This document shows positions 54,383 through 64,000 of a stretch of 64,000 bases of DNA, piece after piece. The stretch is taken from positions 6,472 through 70,471 of the forward strand of contig NZ_CAURVL010000010.1 of NCBI RefSeq assembly GCF_963528215.1. Reading direction: 5' to 3'. The stretch's first letter is position 1. Each line of letters begins with the position of its first letter. The notes under the pieces are model-generated. The model ran no database searches. It saw nothing but the letters and a program-made list of their open reading frames with translations, and was not told the DNA's origin. Origin of the DNA: an uncultured Streptococcus sp. (GTDB lineage Bacteria > Bacillota > Bacilli > Lactobacillales > Streptococcaceae). Position numbers and translations under genes: made by a program.

Positions 54383-55237
54383 ATGAACAAGAAACTCGGT
54401 TTTAAGCTCCTCATTCTGGTTTTAGTGACAATTGCCGGTCTAACAGCTTTTTACAACCACAAAGAAGCCACTAGCCTCAATACAAAATACTATGTGCAGT
54501 CAACAACGCCGACCTTGTTTTTCCATGGTTTTGGATCCAGCTCTAATGCTGAAAATCATATGACAGAGGCTGCCAAAAAGGCTGGCGTCACTCAGACAAT
54601 TATCACAGCAAATGTCAGTAAAAATGGGCAAGTAAGCTTATTAGGAGAGATACCGAAAGGTGCTATCAATCCCATTATTAAAGTAAACTACGAAGATAAC
54701 CGCAATGCCGACTATGCTCAAGATGGCAAATATGCAGCAGCTGTGATTCGTAAGTTACAAGAAACTTATGGCTTTGATAAGATGAATCTGGTAGGCCATT
54801 CGATGGGGAATATGTCTATCCTCTTTTATATGTTGGAGAACGGTCAGGATGAAAATCTTCCTCAGTTGCAAAAGCAGGTCAATATTGCCAACCATGTTAA
54901 CGGTCTGGAAAGAAGGGACTTGCCTGAAGATTTGACAATTCTAGACGACCAAACTGGCCAGCCTAGTGCTATGAGCCAGACTTATCAAAATCTACTGGGA
55001 TTACGAGAAATCTATCCGCAAGAGCAAGTAGATGTTCTGAACATTTACGGTGATTTTAAAAATGAATCCGACGGTTCTGTCCTCAATATTTCTTCTCGCA
55101 GCCTCAAATATCTCCTAGTTGAAAATGCCAAATCTTACCAGGAAAAGAAAATCACAGGTCAGTTGGCTCAGCACAGCCAATTGCATGAGAATCCAGAAGT
55201 AGATGAATTACTAATCGACTTCCTTTGGAAAAAGTAG
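54383..55237 (+). CDS. alpha/beta hydrolase (DUF915-like), N-terminal anchor
   Basis: FFHGF, GHSMG nucleophile elbow, SDGSV, HSQLHEN. Confidence 0.85.
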   Translation: MNKKLGFKLLILVLVTIAGLTAFYNHKEATSLNTKYYVQSTTPTLFFHGFGSSSNAENHMTEAAKKAGVTQTIITANVSKNGQVSLLGEIPKGAINPIIKVNYEDNRNADYAQDGKYAAAVIRKLQETYGFDKMNLVGHSMGNMSILFYMLENGQDENLPQLQKQVNIANHVNGLERRDLPEDLTILDDQTGQPSAMSQTYQNLLGLREIYPQEQVDVLNIYGDFKNESDGSVLNISSRSLKYLLVENAKSYQEKKITGQLAQHSQLHENPEVDELLIDFLWKK

Positions 55238-55513
55238 AAAAGAGCAGTTACTGGCTAGCAAATCCAGTGACTGTTTTTTCTTTGAACTTCTTTGAGAAAT
55301 GTTGTAAAATGTATCTATTATCTCAAGCCCTCAATGGATGAGATAATAATAACTCCATCATTGCAGCAACTCAACTGAAGCACTCTGAAAACCAAATGGA
55401 GCAGAATTTATAAGCTCAAGAAACAGAAATTAGAGGCAGTCAGATAGAAAGTTTACTGTATAAAACAGTTATAGAATTTGGGAAACTATAGCGGGAGGAA
55501 AAGAGGAAAAAAT

Positions 55514-56494
55514 ATGAAATTCAAAAAAACTTTAATGACAGCAGGAGCCTTGCTGGCTACTCTGTTTACTGTATCGACCGCAGCTGCCGATTCAAATGTT
55601 CAGAAAGTCATTGATGAGACTTATGTGCAGCCTGAGTATGTTCTAGGTTACTCCTTAGATGAGAACCAAAAACAGCAGACCTTGCAGATGTTGGGCTACA
55701 ATTCATCCAGCGACAGCAAGCCACTTAAGACCATGACTCCAGAAGTCTACTCTAAAATCATGGATGTTGCTAATGACCCTAGCCTGCAGCTTTATTCTTC
55801 TGTAAAAATCCAGAAGTTAGGCAGCAATAAGCCATTAGAGGTCAAAATTGTCACTCCGCAAAACATCACCAAGGTTACAGAGGATATGTATCGCAATGCG
55901 GCCGTAACACTGGGTGTTAAGCACGCGCAGATTACCGTTGCTGCACCGATTCCGGTAACAGGTGAGAGTGCCTTGGCAGGGATTTACTACTCTCTGGAAG
56001 ATAATGGCGCGACCATTCCTCAGGAAAATAAAAATCTAGCACAGGAAGAACTGGCTGCCCTTTCTGGTATCAATGCTGAAAACACAGGTAAGGAAGGCTA
56101 TGACGCAGACAAGCTCAACGTAGCTCTGGCTGATATCAAAGCAGCCATCGCCAATGCTAAGAAGAACAACAGCAATCTGACAGCAGATGATGTCCGTAAG
56201 ATTGTTGAAGAAACCTTGAAAAACTACGGTCTGACTCAGTCAGTGACCAGTGACCAAATTAACCTCATCGTGAATTTTGCTGTCAATCTTTCAAACAGTG
56301 GAGTCATTACGGATTCTGACTTTACAAAGACACTTAGTGACTTGAAAGACAGCATTGTTTCAAAGGCAGGGGATACTTTTAACAATATTAACCTTAACTT
56401 TGATGCAAACGGCCTCCTTCAAGAAGGTGGTAATTTCTTTTCTAATATCTGGAATGCCATTGTCAACTTCTTTAAAGGATTGTTTGGCGGTTAA
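55514..56494 (+). CDS. secreted DUF1002-like protein
   Basis: Signal peptide; MYRNAAVTLG, PVTGESALAG. Confidence 0.8.
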   Translation: MKFKKTLMTAGALLATLFTVSTAAADSNVQKVIDETYVQPEYVLGYSLDENQKQQTLQMLGYNSSSDSKPLKTMTPEVYSKIMDVANDPSLQLYSSVKIQKLGSNKPLEVKIVTPQNITKVTEDMYRNAAVTLGVKHAQITVAAPIPVTGESALAGIYYSLEDNGATIPQENKNLAQEELAALSGINAENTGKEGYDADKLNVALADIKAAIANAKKNNSNLTADDVRKIVEETLKNYGLTQSVTSDQINLIVNFAVNLSNSGVITDSDFTKTLSDLKDSIVSKAGDTFNNINLNFDANGLLQEGGNFFSNIWNAIVNFFKGLFGG

Positions 56495-56509
56495 TTCCAA
56501 GACTATATA

Positions 56510-56545
56510 AAACAAGGCTAGAACATTTTAGTTCTAGCCTTGTTT
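56510..56545. terminator. bidirectional terminator
   Basis: aaacaaggctagaac / gttctagccttgttt between convergent genes. Confidence 0.85.
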
Positions 56546-56581
56546 GTTTCTACAGTTATCATTTAAAATAAGATTTGTTTG

Positions 56582-58144
56582 TTACTCCCACTCTACAGTT
56601 GCAGGTGGTTTGCTGGTGATATCGTAGACGATGCGGTTGACATGGTCTACTTCGTTGACGATACGTACAGAGATTTTTTGCAGAACATCCCAAGGAATCT
56701 TGGCAAAGTCAGCTGTCATGCCATCAATAGAAGTGATAGCGCGAATCGCAATTGTGTAGTCGTAAGTCCGGCCGTCGCCCATGACTCCAACAGAACGGAC
56801 GCCTGTATTAACAGTAAAGTATTGCCAGATGTCGCGGTCAAGACCAGCTTTGGCAATTTCTTCGCGGAGAATAGCATCCGATTCACGGACAGTTTCCAAT
56901 TTTTCCTCAGTAATTTCTCCCATAACGCGAATAGCAAGTCCTGGTCCTGGGAATGGTTGGCGCCAGACAATTTCATCAGGCATACCAAGCTCTGTACCCA
57001 AAGCACGAACTTCGTCCTTATAAAGTGTGTTCAACGGCTCAATCAGCTCAAACTGCATGTCTTCCGGCAGACCACCAACATTGTGGTGAGATTTAATAGT
57101 CTGAGCGGTGTCAGTTCCGGACTCGATAACGTCTGTATAGAGCGTTCCTTGAGCCAAGAATTTCACATCTTTCAGTTTGCTAGCTTCGTCGTCAAAGACA
57201 TAGACAAACTCGTTTCCAATGATTTTACGTTTTTGCTCTGGATCTGAAACACCGGCTAGTTTATCAAGGAAACGTTTAGCTGCGTCTGCCTTGACGATAT
57301 TCAAACCAAATTTGCCGCCAAGCATATCCATGACCTGATCAGCTTCGCCTTTACGCAAAAGACCATGATCCACAAAGATACAGATTAGTTGATCACCGAT
57401 TGCTTTCTGCAAGAGAACACCGACGACAGAAGAGTCTACACCACCAGAAAGTCCCAACAGCACCTTCTTGTCACCAACGGTTTGGCGGATTTTTTGAATT
57501 TCCATGTCAATGAAGTTATCCATAGACCAGTCACCTTTGGCTCCACAAATATTAAGAGCAAAGTTTCGAAGAATATCATAGCCAAACTCCGAATGACGAA
57601 CCTCAGGGTGGAACTGAATGCCGTAGATTTTCTTAGCAGAATTTTCAATTGCTGCAAAAGGACAGTCAGCAGAAGTACCAGTACGAACAAAGTCAGCAGG
57701 AATTTCTGTTACTGCATCTCCATGGCTCATAAGAACTAGCTGGCTTTCAGGTGTTCCGTTGAAAAGGCTGGAGTTGGCAGTATGTGACAGAGTTGACTGC
57801 CCATATTCTCGATTTCCAGCATGACCAGCAGGGACAACCTTGCCGCCCAGCTTGTGAGTCAACAGTTGCATACCATAGCAGATCCCCAAAACTGGGATTC
57901 CCAACTCGAAAATTTCCGGGTCAATATCAAAGGAGCCATCTTCATATACAGAATTCGGACCGCCTGAAAGGATAATCCCGACAGGCTGGATAGCACGGAC
58001 TTCGTCAGCAGTAATCTTGTGGCTCTTGAGCTCAGAAAAAACACCGATTTCACGAATGCGACGTGAAATCAGCTGGTTGTACTGGCTTCCGTAATCAAGC
58101 ACGATGATCTTTTCGACATCTTGCAATTCAGTTCTAGTTGTCAT
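56582..58144 (-). CDS. guaA: GMP synthase (glutamine-hydrolysing)
   Basis: [26 protein letters not shown]. Confidence 0.98.
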   Translation of the reverse strand: MTTRTELQDVEKIIVLDYGSQYNQLISRRIREIGVFSELKSHKITADEVRAIQPVGIILSGGPNSVYEDGSFDIDPEIFELGIPVLGICYGMQLLTHKLGGKVVPAGHAGNREYGQSTLSHTANSSLFNGTPESQLVLMSHGDAVTEIPADFVRTGTSADCPFAAIENSAKKIYGIQFHPEVRHSEFGYDILRNFALNICGAKGDWSMDNFIDMEIQKIRQTVGDKKVLLGLSGGVDSSVVGVLLQKAIGDQLICIFVDHGLLRKGEADQVMDMLGGKFGLNIVKADAAKRFLDKLAGVSDPEQKRKIIGNEFVYVFDDEASKLKDVKFLAQGTLYTDVIESGTDTAQTIKSHHNVGGLPEDMQFELIEPLNTLYKDEVRALGTELGMPDEIVWRQPFPGPGLAIRVMGEITEEKLETVRESDAILREEIAKAGLDRDIWQYFTVNTGVRSVGVMGDGRTYDYTIAIRAITSIDGMTADFAKIPWDVLQKISVRIVNEVDHVNRIVYDITSKPPATVEWE

Positions 58145-58404
58145 CTGTTCCCTTTCTTAAAAGAAGTAATCTTTTCCCCTCATTTTATCACAAAAAAGGA
58201 ATTTTTCCAAGGTAATAAGGAGTAAGGGTGATGAAAAAACGAATATGAGACTTTAGTTTGCTATTATCGTTTGTTTAGACCGACTTGCCATGGACGCCAG
58301 TGCTATCTCTGACTAAAATCAAATAAACAAGCTCTTAAAATGTTGATCTTTTTTGAAAAAACAAATGAATTCGTGAGAAAAGGAGCTATTCTTCAATATT
58401 TAGT

Positions 58405-58450
58405 TTGACATTTGAAGTATTTGGTACTAAAATAAAGGAAGGTACCAAAT
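58405..58450 (+). promoter_or_regulatory. sigma-A promoter with flanking inverted repeat
   Basis: TTGACA (58405)-N17-TAAAAT (58428); atttggtac / gtaccaaat on either side of the -10. Confidence 0.65.
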
Positions 58451-58467
58451 AAGAAAGAAGAGTCAAC

Positions 58468-59166
58468 ATGTTGCCCGCATATATCAAAATTCATGATCAG
58501 ATTAAGAAAGACATTGACGATGCCGTTTGGGAGATTGGGGAGCGCCTGCCCAGCGAGCGTGATCTAGCCGAAACCTTTAAGGTCAGCCGTATGACCCTGC
58601 GTCAGGCCATCACGCTCTTGGTTGAGGAGGGAGTGCTGGAGCGTCGGGTTGGTAGTGGAACCTTTGTAGCCAGCACACGTGTTCAGGAGAAAATGCGCGG
58701 CACCACCAGCTTCACGGAAATCATGAAAGCACAAGGCAAAACGCCGTCCAGTCAGCTCATTTCTTATCGACGCACTCTGCCGAGTGAGCAGGAAGTGGAA
58801 AAGCTAGGCATCCATAAGACAGAAAATGTCATTCGGATGGAGCGGGTTCGCTACGCTGACGATTTGCCAGTGGTCTACGAGGTGGCTTCAATTCCAGAGA
58901 AGTTCATTAAGAATTTCAAAAAAGAAGAGGTGACCAGTCATTTCTTCCAGACCTTGCAGGAACATGGCTATAAGATTGGCAAGTCACAGCAGACTATCTA
59001 TGCTCGGCTGGCTAAGGAAAAAATCGCCAATTACCTCGATATTCCTCGAGGCCATGCTATATTAGGACTGACTCAGATTTCTTACTTTGATGATGGTACA
59101 GCTTTTGAATATGTAAAAAGTCAGTATGTTGGCGATCGTTTTGAATTCTATTTGGAAAACAATTAA
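58468..59166 (+). CDS. GntR/HutC-family regulator (UTRA domain)
   Basis: LPSERDL, VSRMTLRQA, GSGTFV. Confidence 0.93.
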   Translation: MLPAYIKIHDQIKKDIDDAVWEIGERLPSERDLAETFKVSRMTLRQAITLLVEEGVLERRVGSGTFVASTRVQEKMRGTTSFTEIMKAQGKTPSSQLISYRRTLPSEQEVEKLGIHKTENVIRMERVRYADDLPVVYEVASIPEKFIKNFKKEEVTSHFFQTLQEHGYKIGKSQQTIYARLAKEKIANYLDIPRGHAILGLTQISYFDDGTAFEYVKSQYVGDRFEFYLENN

Positions 59167-59173
59167 TTATTGC

Positions 59174-59203
59174 AAAACTCTTAGTTATCACTAAGAGTTT
59201 TTT
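59174..59203 (+). terminator. terminator after GntR gene
   Basis: aaaactcttagt / actaagagtttt. Confidence 0.75.
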
Positions 59204-59318
59204 ACTTGTCTTTTACACAGAAGAAAAAGCTGATTGAAGTTTTGCAATCTCATATTTCGAGTGTTTATTTCCCTTGTCAGACTAGAGTTTATCATGCTTT
59301 TCTGGTATAATGTTTCTT

Positions 59319-59651
59319 ATGGAAATTGAAAAAACAAACCGAATGAATGCTCTTTTTGAGTTTTATGCGGCGCTTTTGACTGACAAGCAGATGAACTATA
59401 TTGAACTCTACTATGCAGATGATTACAGTCTGGCAGAGATTGCCGAGGAGTTTGGTGTTAGCCGTCAGGCCGTTTATGATAATATCAAACGGACAGAGAA
59501 GATTCTGGAAGACTATGAGAAAAAGCTGCACATGTACTCGGACTATATTGTCAGAAGTCAGATATTTGACCAGATTACAGAGAAATACCCTGACGACAGC
59601 TATCTGCAGGAGCAGATCGGGATTCTGTCTGGTATTGATAATAGGGAGTGA
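59319..59651 (+). CDS. ylxM: YlxM SRP-associated protein
   Basis: [26 protein letters not shown]; upstream of ffh. Confidence 0.93.
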   Translation: MEIEKTNRMNALFEFYAALLTDKQMNYIELYYADDYSLAEIAEEFGVSRQAVYDNIKRTEKILEDYEKKLHMYSDYIVRSQIFDQITEKYPDDSYLQEQIGILSGIDNRE

Positions 59652-59655
59652 CCAT

Positions 59656-59871
59656 ATGGCTAAACAAGTTATCTACAAGGGAATGTCTTGCTGGTTGTTA
59701 GAGTTGGAAGAATCTTTTCCTGCCAGGGTACAAATCATCTCCCCTGACGATCTTTCTAAAGCAATGCAAGAAGGCTTCAGCTGCTGGGGCTACCCAAATG
59801 AGATTATGAAAGAAGTCTCTGCTGAAGAATACGCTTGTTTAACACGTTTTGGAAAATTTCCACTGAATTGA
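59656..59871 (+). CDS. hypothetical protein, 71 aa, between ylxM and ffh
   Basis: ATG at 59656 after gggag; fills the ylxM-ffh gap. Confidence 0.65.
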   Translation: MAKQVIYKGMSCWLLELEESFPARVQIISPDDLSKAMQEGFSCWGYPNEIMKEVSAEEYACLTRFGKFPLN

Positions 59872-59899
59872 TTGAAATAGAAACTAGGAGAAATAAAAA

Positions 59900-61396
59900 A
59901 TGGCATTTGAAAGTTTAACGGAACGTTTGCAGAACGTCTTTAAAAATCTGCGCAGAAAAGGAAAAATCTCGGAGAACGATGTCCAGGAAGCAACCAAAGA
60001 GATTCGTCTGGCCCTTTTAGAAGCCGATGTTGCTCTGCCGGTTGTCAAAGACTTTATCAAGAAAGTCCGTGAGCGCGCTGTCGGCCATGAAGTTATCGAC
60101 ACCCTCAATCCAGCGCAACAGATTATCAAGATTGTTGACGAAGAGCTGACAACTATCTTGGGTTCTGATACTGCTGAGATTATCAAGTCACCAAAGATTC
60201 CGACTATTATCATGATGGTTGGTCTGCAGGGTGCTGGTAAGACCACCTTTGCTGGAAAGCTTGCTAATAAGCTTAAGAAAGAAGAAAATGCTCGTCCGCT
60301 CATGATTGCGGCGGATATTTACCGTCCGGCGGCTATTGATCAGCTGAAAACACTTGGACAGCAAATTGATGTACCTGTCTTTGCTCTGGGGACCGAAGTT
60401 CCAGCAGTTGAGATTGTCCGTCAGGGTTTGGAGCAAGCCAAAGCAAACCACAATGACTATGTCCTGATTGATACGGCTGGGCGCCTTCAGATTGACGAAA
60501 AGCTCATGCAGGAGCTGTCAGATGTCAAAGCGCTGGCTAATCCGAATGAAATCCTCTTGGTTGTCGATGCCATGATTGGTCAGGAAGCGGCTAATGTCGC
60601 TCGAGAATTTAACAGTCAACTGGAAGTGACCGGGGTTATCCTGACTAAGATTGATGGCGATACCCGTGGTGGTGCAGCCCTGTCTGTTCGTCAGATTACT
60701 GGTAAGCCTATTAAATTTACTGGTACCGGTGAAAAAATAACTGATATTGAAACCTTCCACCCAGACCGTATGTCCAGCCGGATTCTGGGCATGGGGGACA
60801 TGCTGACTCTGATTGAAAAAGCCTCTCAGGAATACGATGAGAAAAAATCGCTTGAAATGGCTGAAAAGATGCGGGAAAACACCTTTGATTTCAATGACTT
60901 CATTGATCAGCTGGATCAGGTACAAGGCATGGGACCTATGGAAGACTTGCTCAAGCTGATTCCAGGTATGGCCAATAATCCTGCCCTCAAGAATATCAAA
61001 GTGGACGAGAAAGAAATTGCCCGCAAGCGTGCCATTGTATCCTCTATGACACCGGCTGAGCGTGAAAACCCTGACTTGCTGAGTCCTAGCCGTCGCCGGC
61101 GAATTGCCAATGGTTCGGGTAACAGCTTCGTTGATGTTAATAAATTTATCAAAGACTTCAATCAAGCTAAACAGATGATGCAGGGCGTTCTGTCAGGCGA
61201 TATGAGCAAGATGATGAAGCAAATGGGGCTCAATCCAAACAATATGCCTAAGAACATGCCTGGTGGCGGAGGAATGCCGGATATGAGCCAAATGTTTGGC
61301 GGCGGTCTCAAGGGTAAGGCCGGAGAGTTTCTAATGCGCCGCAGCATGAACAAAATGGCTAAGCAAATGAAGAAAAACAAGAAGAAGCGGAAGTAA
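59900..61396 (+). CDS. ffh: signal recognition particle protein Ffh
   Basis: GLQGAGKTT, DTAGR, TKID, M domain. Confidence 0.98.
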   Translation: MAFESLTERLQNVFKNLRRKGKISENDVQEATKEIRLALLEADVALPVVKDFIKKVRERAVGHEVIDTLNPAQQIIKIVDEELTTILGSDTAEIIKSPKIPTIIMMVGLQGAGKTTFAGKLANKLKKEENARPLMIAADIYRPAAIDQLKTLGQQIDVPVFALGTEVPAVEIVRQGLEQAKANHNDYVLIDTAGRLQIDEKLMQELSDVKALANPNEILLVVDAMIGQEAANVAREFNSQLEVTGVILTKIDGDTRGGAALSVRQITGKPIKFTGTGEKITDIETFHPDRMSSRILGMGDMLTLIEKASQEYDEKKSLEMAEKMRENTFDFNDFIDQLDQVQGMGPMEDLLKLIPGMANNPALKNIKVDEKEIARKRAIVSSMTPAERENPDLLSPSRRRRIANGSGNSFVDVNKFIKDFNQAKQMMQGVLSGDMSKMMKQMGLNPNNMPKNMPGGGGMPDMSQMFGGGLKGKAGEFLMRRSMNKMAKQMKKNKKKRK

Positions 61397-61401
61397 TAAC
61401 A

Positions 61402-61443
61402 AAAAAACAAGTCGCATAACTAAGTTTTATGTGGCTTGTTTTT
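61402..61443 (+). terminator. terminator after ffh
   Basis: aacaagtcgcataa / ttatgtggcttgtt followed by T run. Confidence 0.7.
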
Positions 61444-61468
61444 GGAAATATCAGATACGGAGACTAGA

Positions 61469-62269
61469 ATGAAGCCTTTTTTGACTCAATTGATTCATCG
61501 ACTTGCTAAAACCTTTCAAAAATTATTGAATAAGCTGCCTTCCCACCCTATTTCTCATCTACCTGCCAGCAAGGTCAAAATGAGTCCTATTATCATGATT
61601 CCTGGTAGTTCTGCCACGGAAAATCGCTTTAATCGAATGGTTAAAATGCTAAACCGCAATCAGCATCCACATCATAACCTAGTCCGTATTAAAATCTGGA
61701 ATGACGGACACATGACTTATCGGGGGCATTTGAAGCGTAAGGACAGAAACCCCATTTTTGTGGTTGGTTTTCAGAATAATCGTGATGGATATGAAAACAT
61801 CAAGCAGCAGGCGGCAATGTTTGACGCTGCCTTGACTGTTTTGCGAAACAAGTACTCTTTTAACAGTTTTAAGGCGCTGGGACATTCTAATGGTGGTCTA
61901 GTTTATACAGTATTTCTGCAGCAATACCTAGCAAATCATTCCGGACTTGAGATGGAAAAACTCCTGACTATTGGCAGTCCTTATAATCTGAACAAGAAGA
62001 ATCTCAATCATCGAGTTGATATGTTAGATGACTTTGTAGCCAACCAAGAAAAACTTCCTAAGAAGCTTCAGCATTTGTCGATTTTGGGAATCTTTTTCCG
62101 AGATGGTGACGGAATTGTTCATAAAAGCAGTGTAGAGGCTGGGAGCTTGATTTACAAAGGAAAGATTGCTTCACACAGAGAGGTAATCATTACAGGCAAG
62201 GATGCACACCATTCTTCCTTGCCGCAAAATGAACAGGTAGTTGATTTGATTAAAGGATTTTTATTCTAG
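61469..62269 (+). CDS. alpha/beta hydrolase (DUF915-like)
   Basis: MIPGS, GHSNGG, GDGIV, HSSLPQN. Confidence 0.82.
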   Translation: MKPFLTQLIHRLAKTFQKLLNKLPSHPISHLPASKVKMSPIIMIPGSSATENRFNRMVKMLNRNQHPHHNLVRIKIWNDGHMTYRGHLKRKDRNPIFVVGFQNNRDGYENIKQQAAMFDAALTVLRNKYSFNSFKALGHSNGGLVYTVFLQQYLANHSGLEMEKLLTIGSPYNLNKKNLNHRVDMLDDFVANQEKLPKKLQHLSILGIFFRDGDGIVHKSSVEAGSLIYKGKIASHREVIITGKDAHHSSLPQNEQVVDLIKGFLF

Positions 62270-62321
62270 TAATTATTTTACATAATTTAATTTGGTAAAA
62301 AATTAGAAAGGCGATAAAACA

Positions 62322-62765
62322 ATGAAAATGACAGACATTCTTCATAGGTATTATGGTGACTTTGATCTGATAAATGAAAAATGGAATGAAGACTATGAAA
62401 GTATTTTGATTAAGCCAAAGGATGATCAAGAATATAAAAGATGCCGTTTGGCAAAGAAGACACCTAAAAAAGAAGGCTACTTTACAGTCTTTTGGAAAAA
62501 AGACCAAGACAATAAGAACATTCCATATACTGATAAAGACTTAGGTGATGAACTGGTAATTGTCGTTATCGACGACCGTCATTGCGGTATATTTATCATT
62601 CCCAAAGAGGAGGCTATCAGTAAAAAAATTCTTTCTACAAAGGATTGTAAAGGAAAGATGGCTATGCGGTTTTATCCGTCCTGGTGCACACATTTAAATA
62701 AAACAGCTCAGGCAACACAAAAATGGCAACTGGATTATTTTCAAAAAATTAAATTAGAAGAATAA
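62322..62765 (+). CDS. MepB-family protein
   Basis: RLAKKTPKKEGYFTVFWKK, GKMAMRFYPSW. Confidence 0.82.
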   Translation: MKMTDILHRYYGDFDLINEKWNEDYESILIKPKDDQEYKRCRLAKKTPKKEGYFTVFWKKDQDNKNIPYTDKDLGDELVIVVIDDRHCGIFIIPKEEAISKKILSTKDCKGKMAMRFYPSWCTHLNKTAQATQKWQLDYFQKIKLEE

Positions 62766-62877
62766 GTTTTAGTGAAACAAGACAGAGTTTAGTTTTTGAA
62801 TTTCTCAATTCTGTCTTGTTTTTATTATTTCTATTATCTGTTTTGTAGTAAAGTTAGATTGCTTACCTCCCTCTATC

Positions 62878-62908
<31 letters not shown>

Positions 62909-62958
62909 AATATATCTAGATATGCTATACTACTATTATAGAAAAACGGAGAAATATA

Positions 62959-64000
62959 ATGAGACGTGAACTGTTATTAGAAAGAATTGATAAACTCAAA
63001 GCCACTATGCCCTGGTACATCCTGGAATATTACCAGTCTAAGCTGGCAGTACCTTATAGTTTTACAACCTTATACGAATATCTCAAAGAATATGATCGCT
63101 TTTTTAACTGGGTGCTAGAATCTGGTATCACAGATGCTTCTCAAATTGCTGAGATTCCTCTCTCGGTCTTGGAAAACATGAGCAAGAAAGACATGGAGGC
63201 CTTTATTCTTTATCTGCGAGAGCGGCCGCTTCTCAATGCTAACACAACCCAAAACGGTGTTTCCCAGACAACCATCAACCGGACTCTGTCGGCTTTGTCC
63301 AGCCTCTACAAATATTTGACTGAGGAAGTTGAAAACGAGCAGGGTGAGCCCTACTTCTATCGAAATGTGATGAAAAAGATTTCTACTAAGAAGAAAAAGG
63401 AAACCTTGGCTGCTCGTGCAGAGAATATTAAGCAGAAGCTCTTTTTAGAGGATGAGACGGAAGAATTTCTCCAGTATATTGATACGGAGTACCCTAAGAA
63501 GCTCTCTAATCGCGCCCTGTCCTCCTTCAACAAAAACAAGGAACGTGATCTAGCCATCATTGCCTTGCTACTAGCCTCTGGCGTTCGTCTGTCTGAAGCT
63601 GTTAATCTGGATCTGAAAGACATCAATCTCAAAATGATGGTCATTGAAGTGACAAGAAAAGGCGGAAAAAGGGACTCTGTCAATGTTGCTGCTTTTGCCA
63701 AGTCCTATTTAGAGGAGTACCTGAGTATTCGAAGCAAACGATACAAGGCCGAAAAGACGGATACAGCCTTCTTTTTGACTGAATACCGAGGCACTCCGAA
63801 TCGAATCGATGCTTCCAGTGTTGAAAAAATGGTGGCCAAGTATTCTGAGGGCTTCAAGGTGCGAGTGACGCCTCACAAACTCCGCCACACACTTGCTACA
63901 CGTTTATACGATGCAACCAAATCTCAAGTTCTCGTCAGCCACCAGCTAGGGCATGCTAGCACTCAGGTAACAGACCTCTACACCCACATTGTCAATGATG
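62959..64000 (+). CDS. xerS: tyrosine recombinase XerS, 3'-truncated by window edge (not in ORF track)
   Basis: Hand translation [25 protein letters not shown]...; [25 protein letters not shown]. Confidence 0.95.
   Translation, partial: MRRELLLERIDKLKATMPWYILEYYQSKLAVPYSFTTLYEYLKEYDRFFNWVLESGITDASQIAEIPLSVLENMSKKDMEAFILYLRERPLLNANTTQNGVSQTTINRTLSALSSLYKYLTEEVENEQGEPYFYRNVMKKISTKKKKETLAARAENIKQKLFLEDETEEFLQYIDTEYPKKLSNRALSSFNKNKERDLAIIALLLASGVRLSEAVNLDLKDINLKMMVIEVTRKGGKRDSVNVAAFAKSYLEEYLSIRSKRYKAEKTDTAFFLTEYRGTPNRIDASSVEKMVAKYSEGFKVRVTPHKLRHTLATRLYDATKSQVLVSHQLGHASTQVTDLYTHIVND

Noticed and set aside
56579..57247. 222 aa ORF antisense to guaA, and similar antisense ORFs over ffh, the ABC genes and prfA
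   Set aside because: Shadow frames of conserved genes with no recognisable motifs
59401..59655. 5' extension of the 156 aa ORF-track entry 59401-59871
   Set aside because: Overlaps ylxM out of frame; the RBS supports a start at 59656
63073..63080. ComX/cin box TACGAATA
   Set aside because: Lies inside the xerS coding sequence with no downstream gene start
62959..64000. Tyrosine recombinase as a prophage/ICE integrase
   Set aside because: Sequence and adjacent difSL identify it as housekeeping XerS; no mobile-element genes nearby

Overview
Streptococcal chromosome segment, most likely Streptococcus sanguinis or a close relative (inferred from gene content: iga, Efe/Tat, XerS/difSL). It runs up to the replication terminus: a difSL site at 62878-62908 directly precedes xerS. 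In order: 3' part of an M26 zinc metalloprotease (IgA1 protease-like), two small membrane ORFs, a heterodimeric ABC exporter, a GNAT and brnQ. Next is an ~18 kb redox-rich block: ccdA, a Met-rich lipoprotein, tlpA, msrAB, a two-component system, a second ccdA-tlpA pair, an apbE plus two-FMN-reductase operon, nox, a ClC transporter and efeOBU-tatCA. Then xpt, a MATE, an atypical ClpB-like ATPase, an acetoin-dehydrogenase-type operon and a sugar-utilisation locus (LevR-like regulator, MATE, GH20, cellobiose-family PTS, GH1). Housekeeping genes follow (tdk, prfA, prmC, tsaC, glyA, guaA, ylxM, ffh). Best leads: (1) a signal-less ApbE encoded beside an FMN reductase-PAS protein whose tail carries two tandem DATSGAS flavinylation motifs; (2) a ~20% Met lipoprotein inside the msrAB operon, a candidate recyclable oxidant sink. 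No rRNA, tRNA, CRISPR array or transposase was seen. All family calls come from motif recognition by eye; no searches were run.
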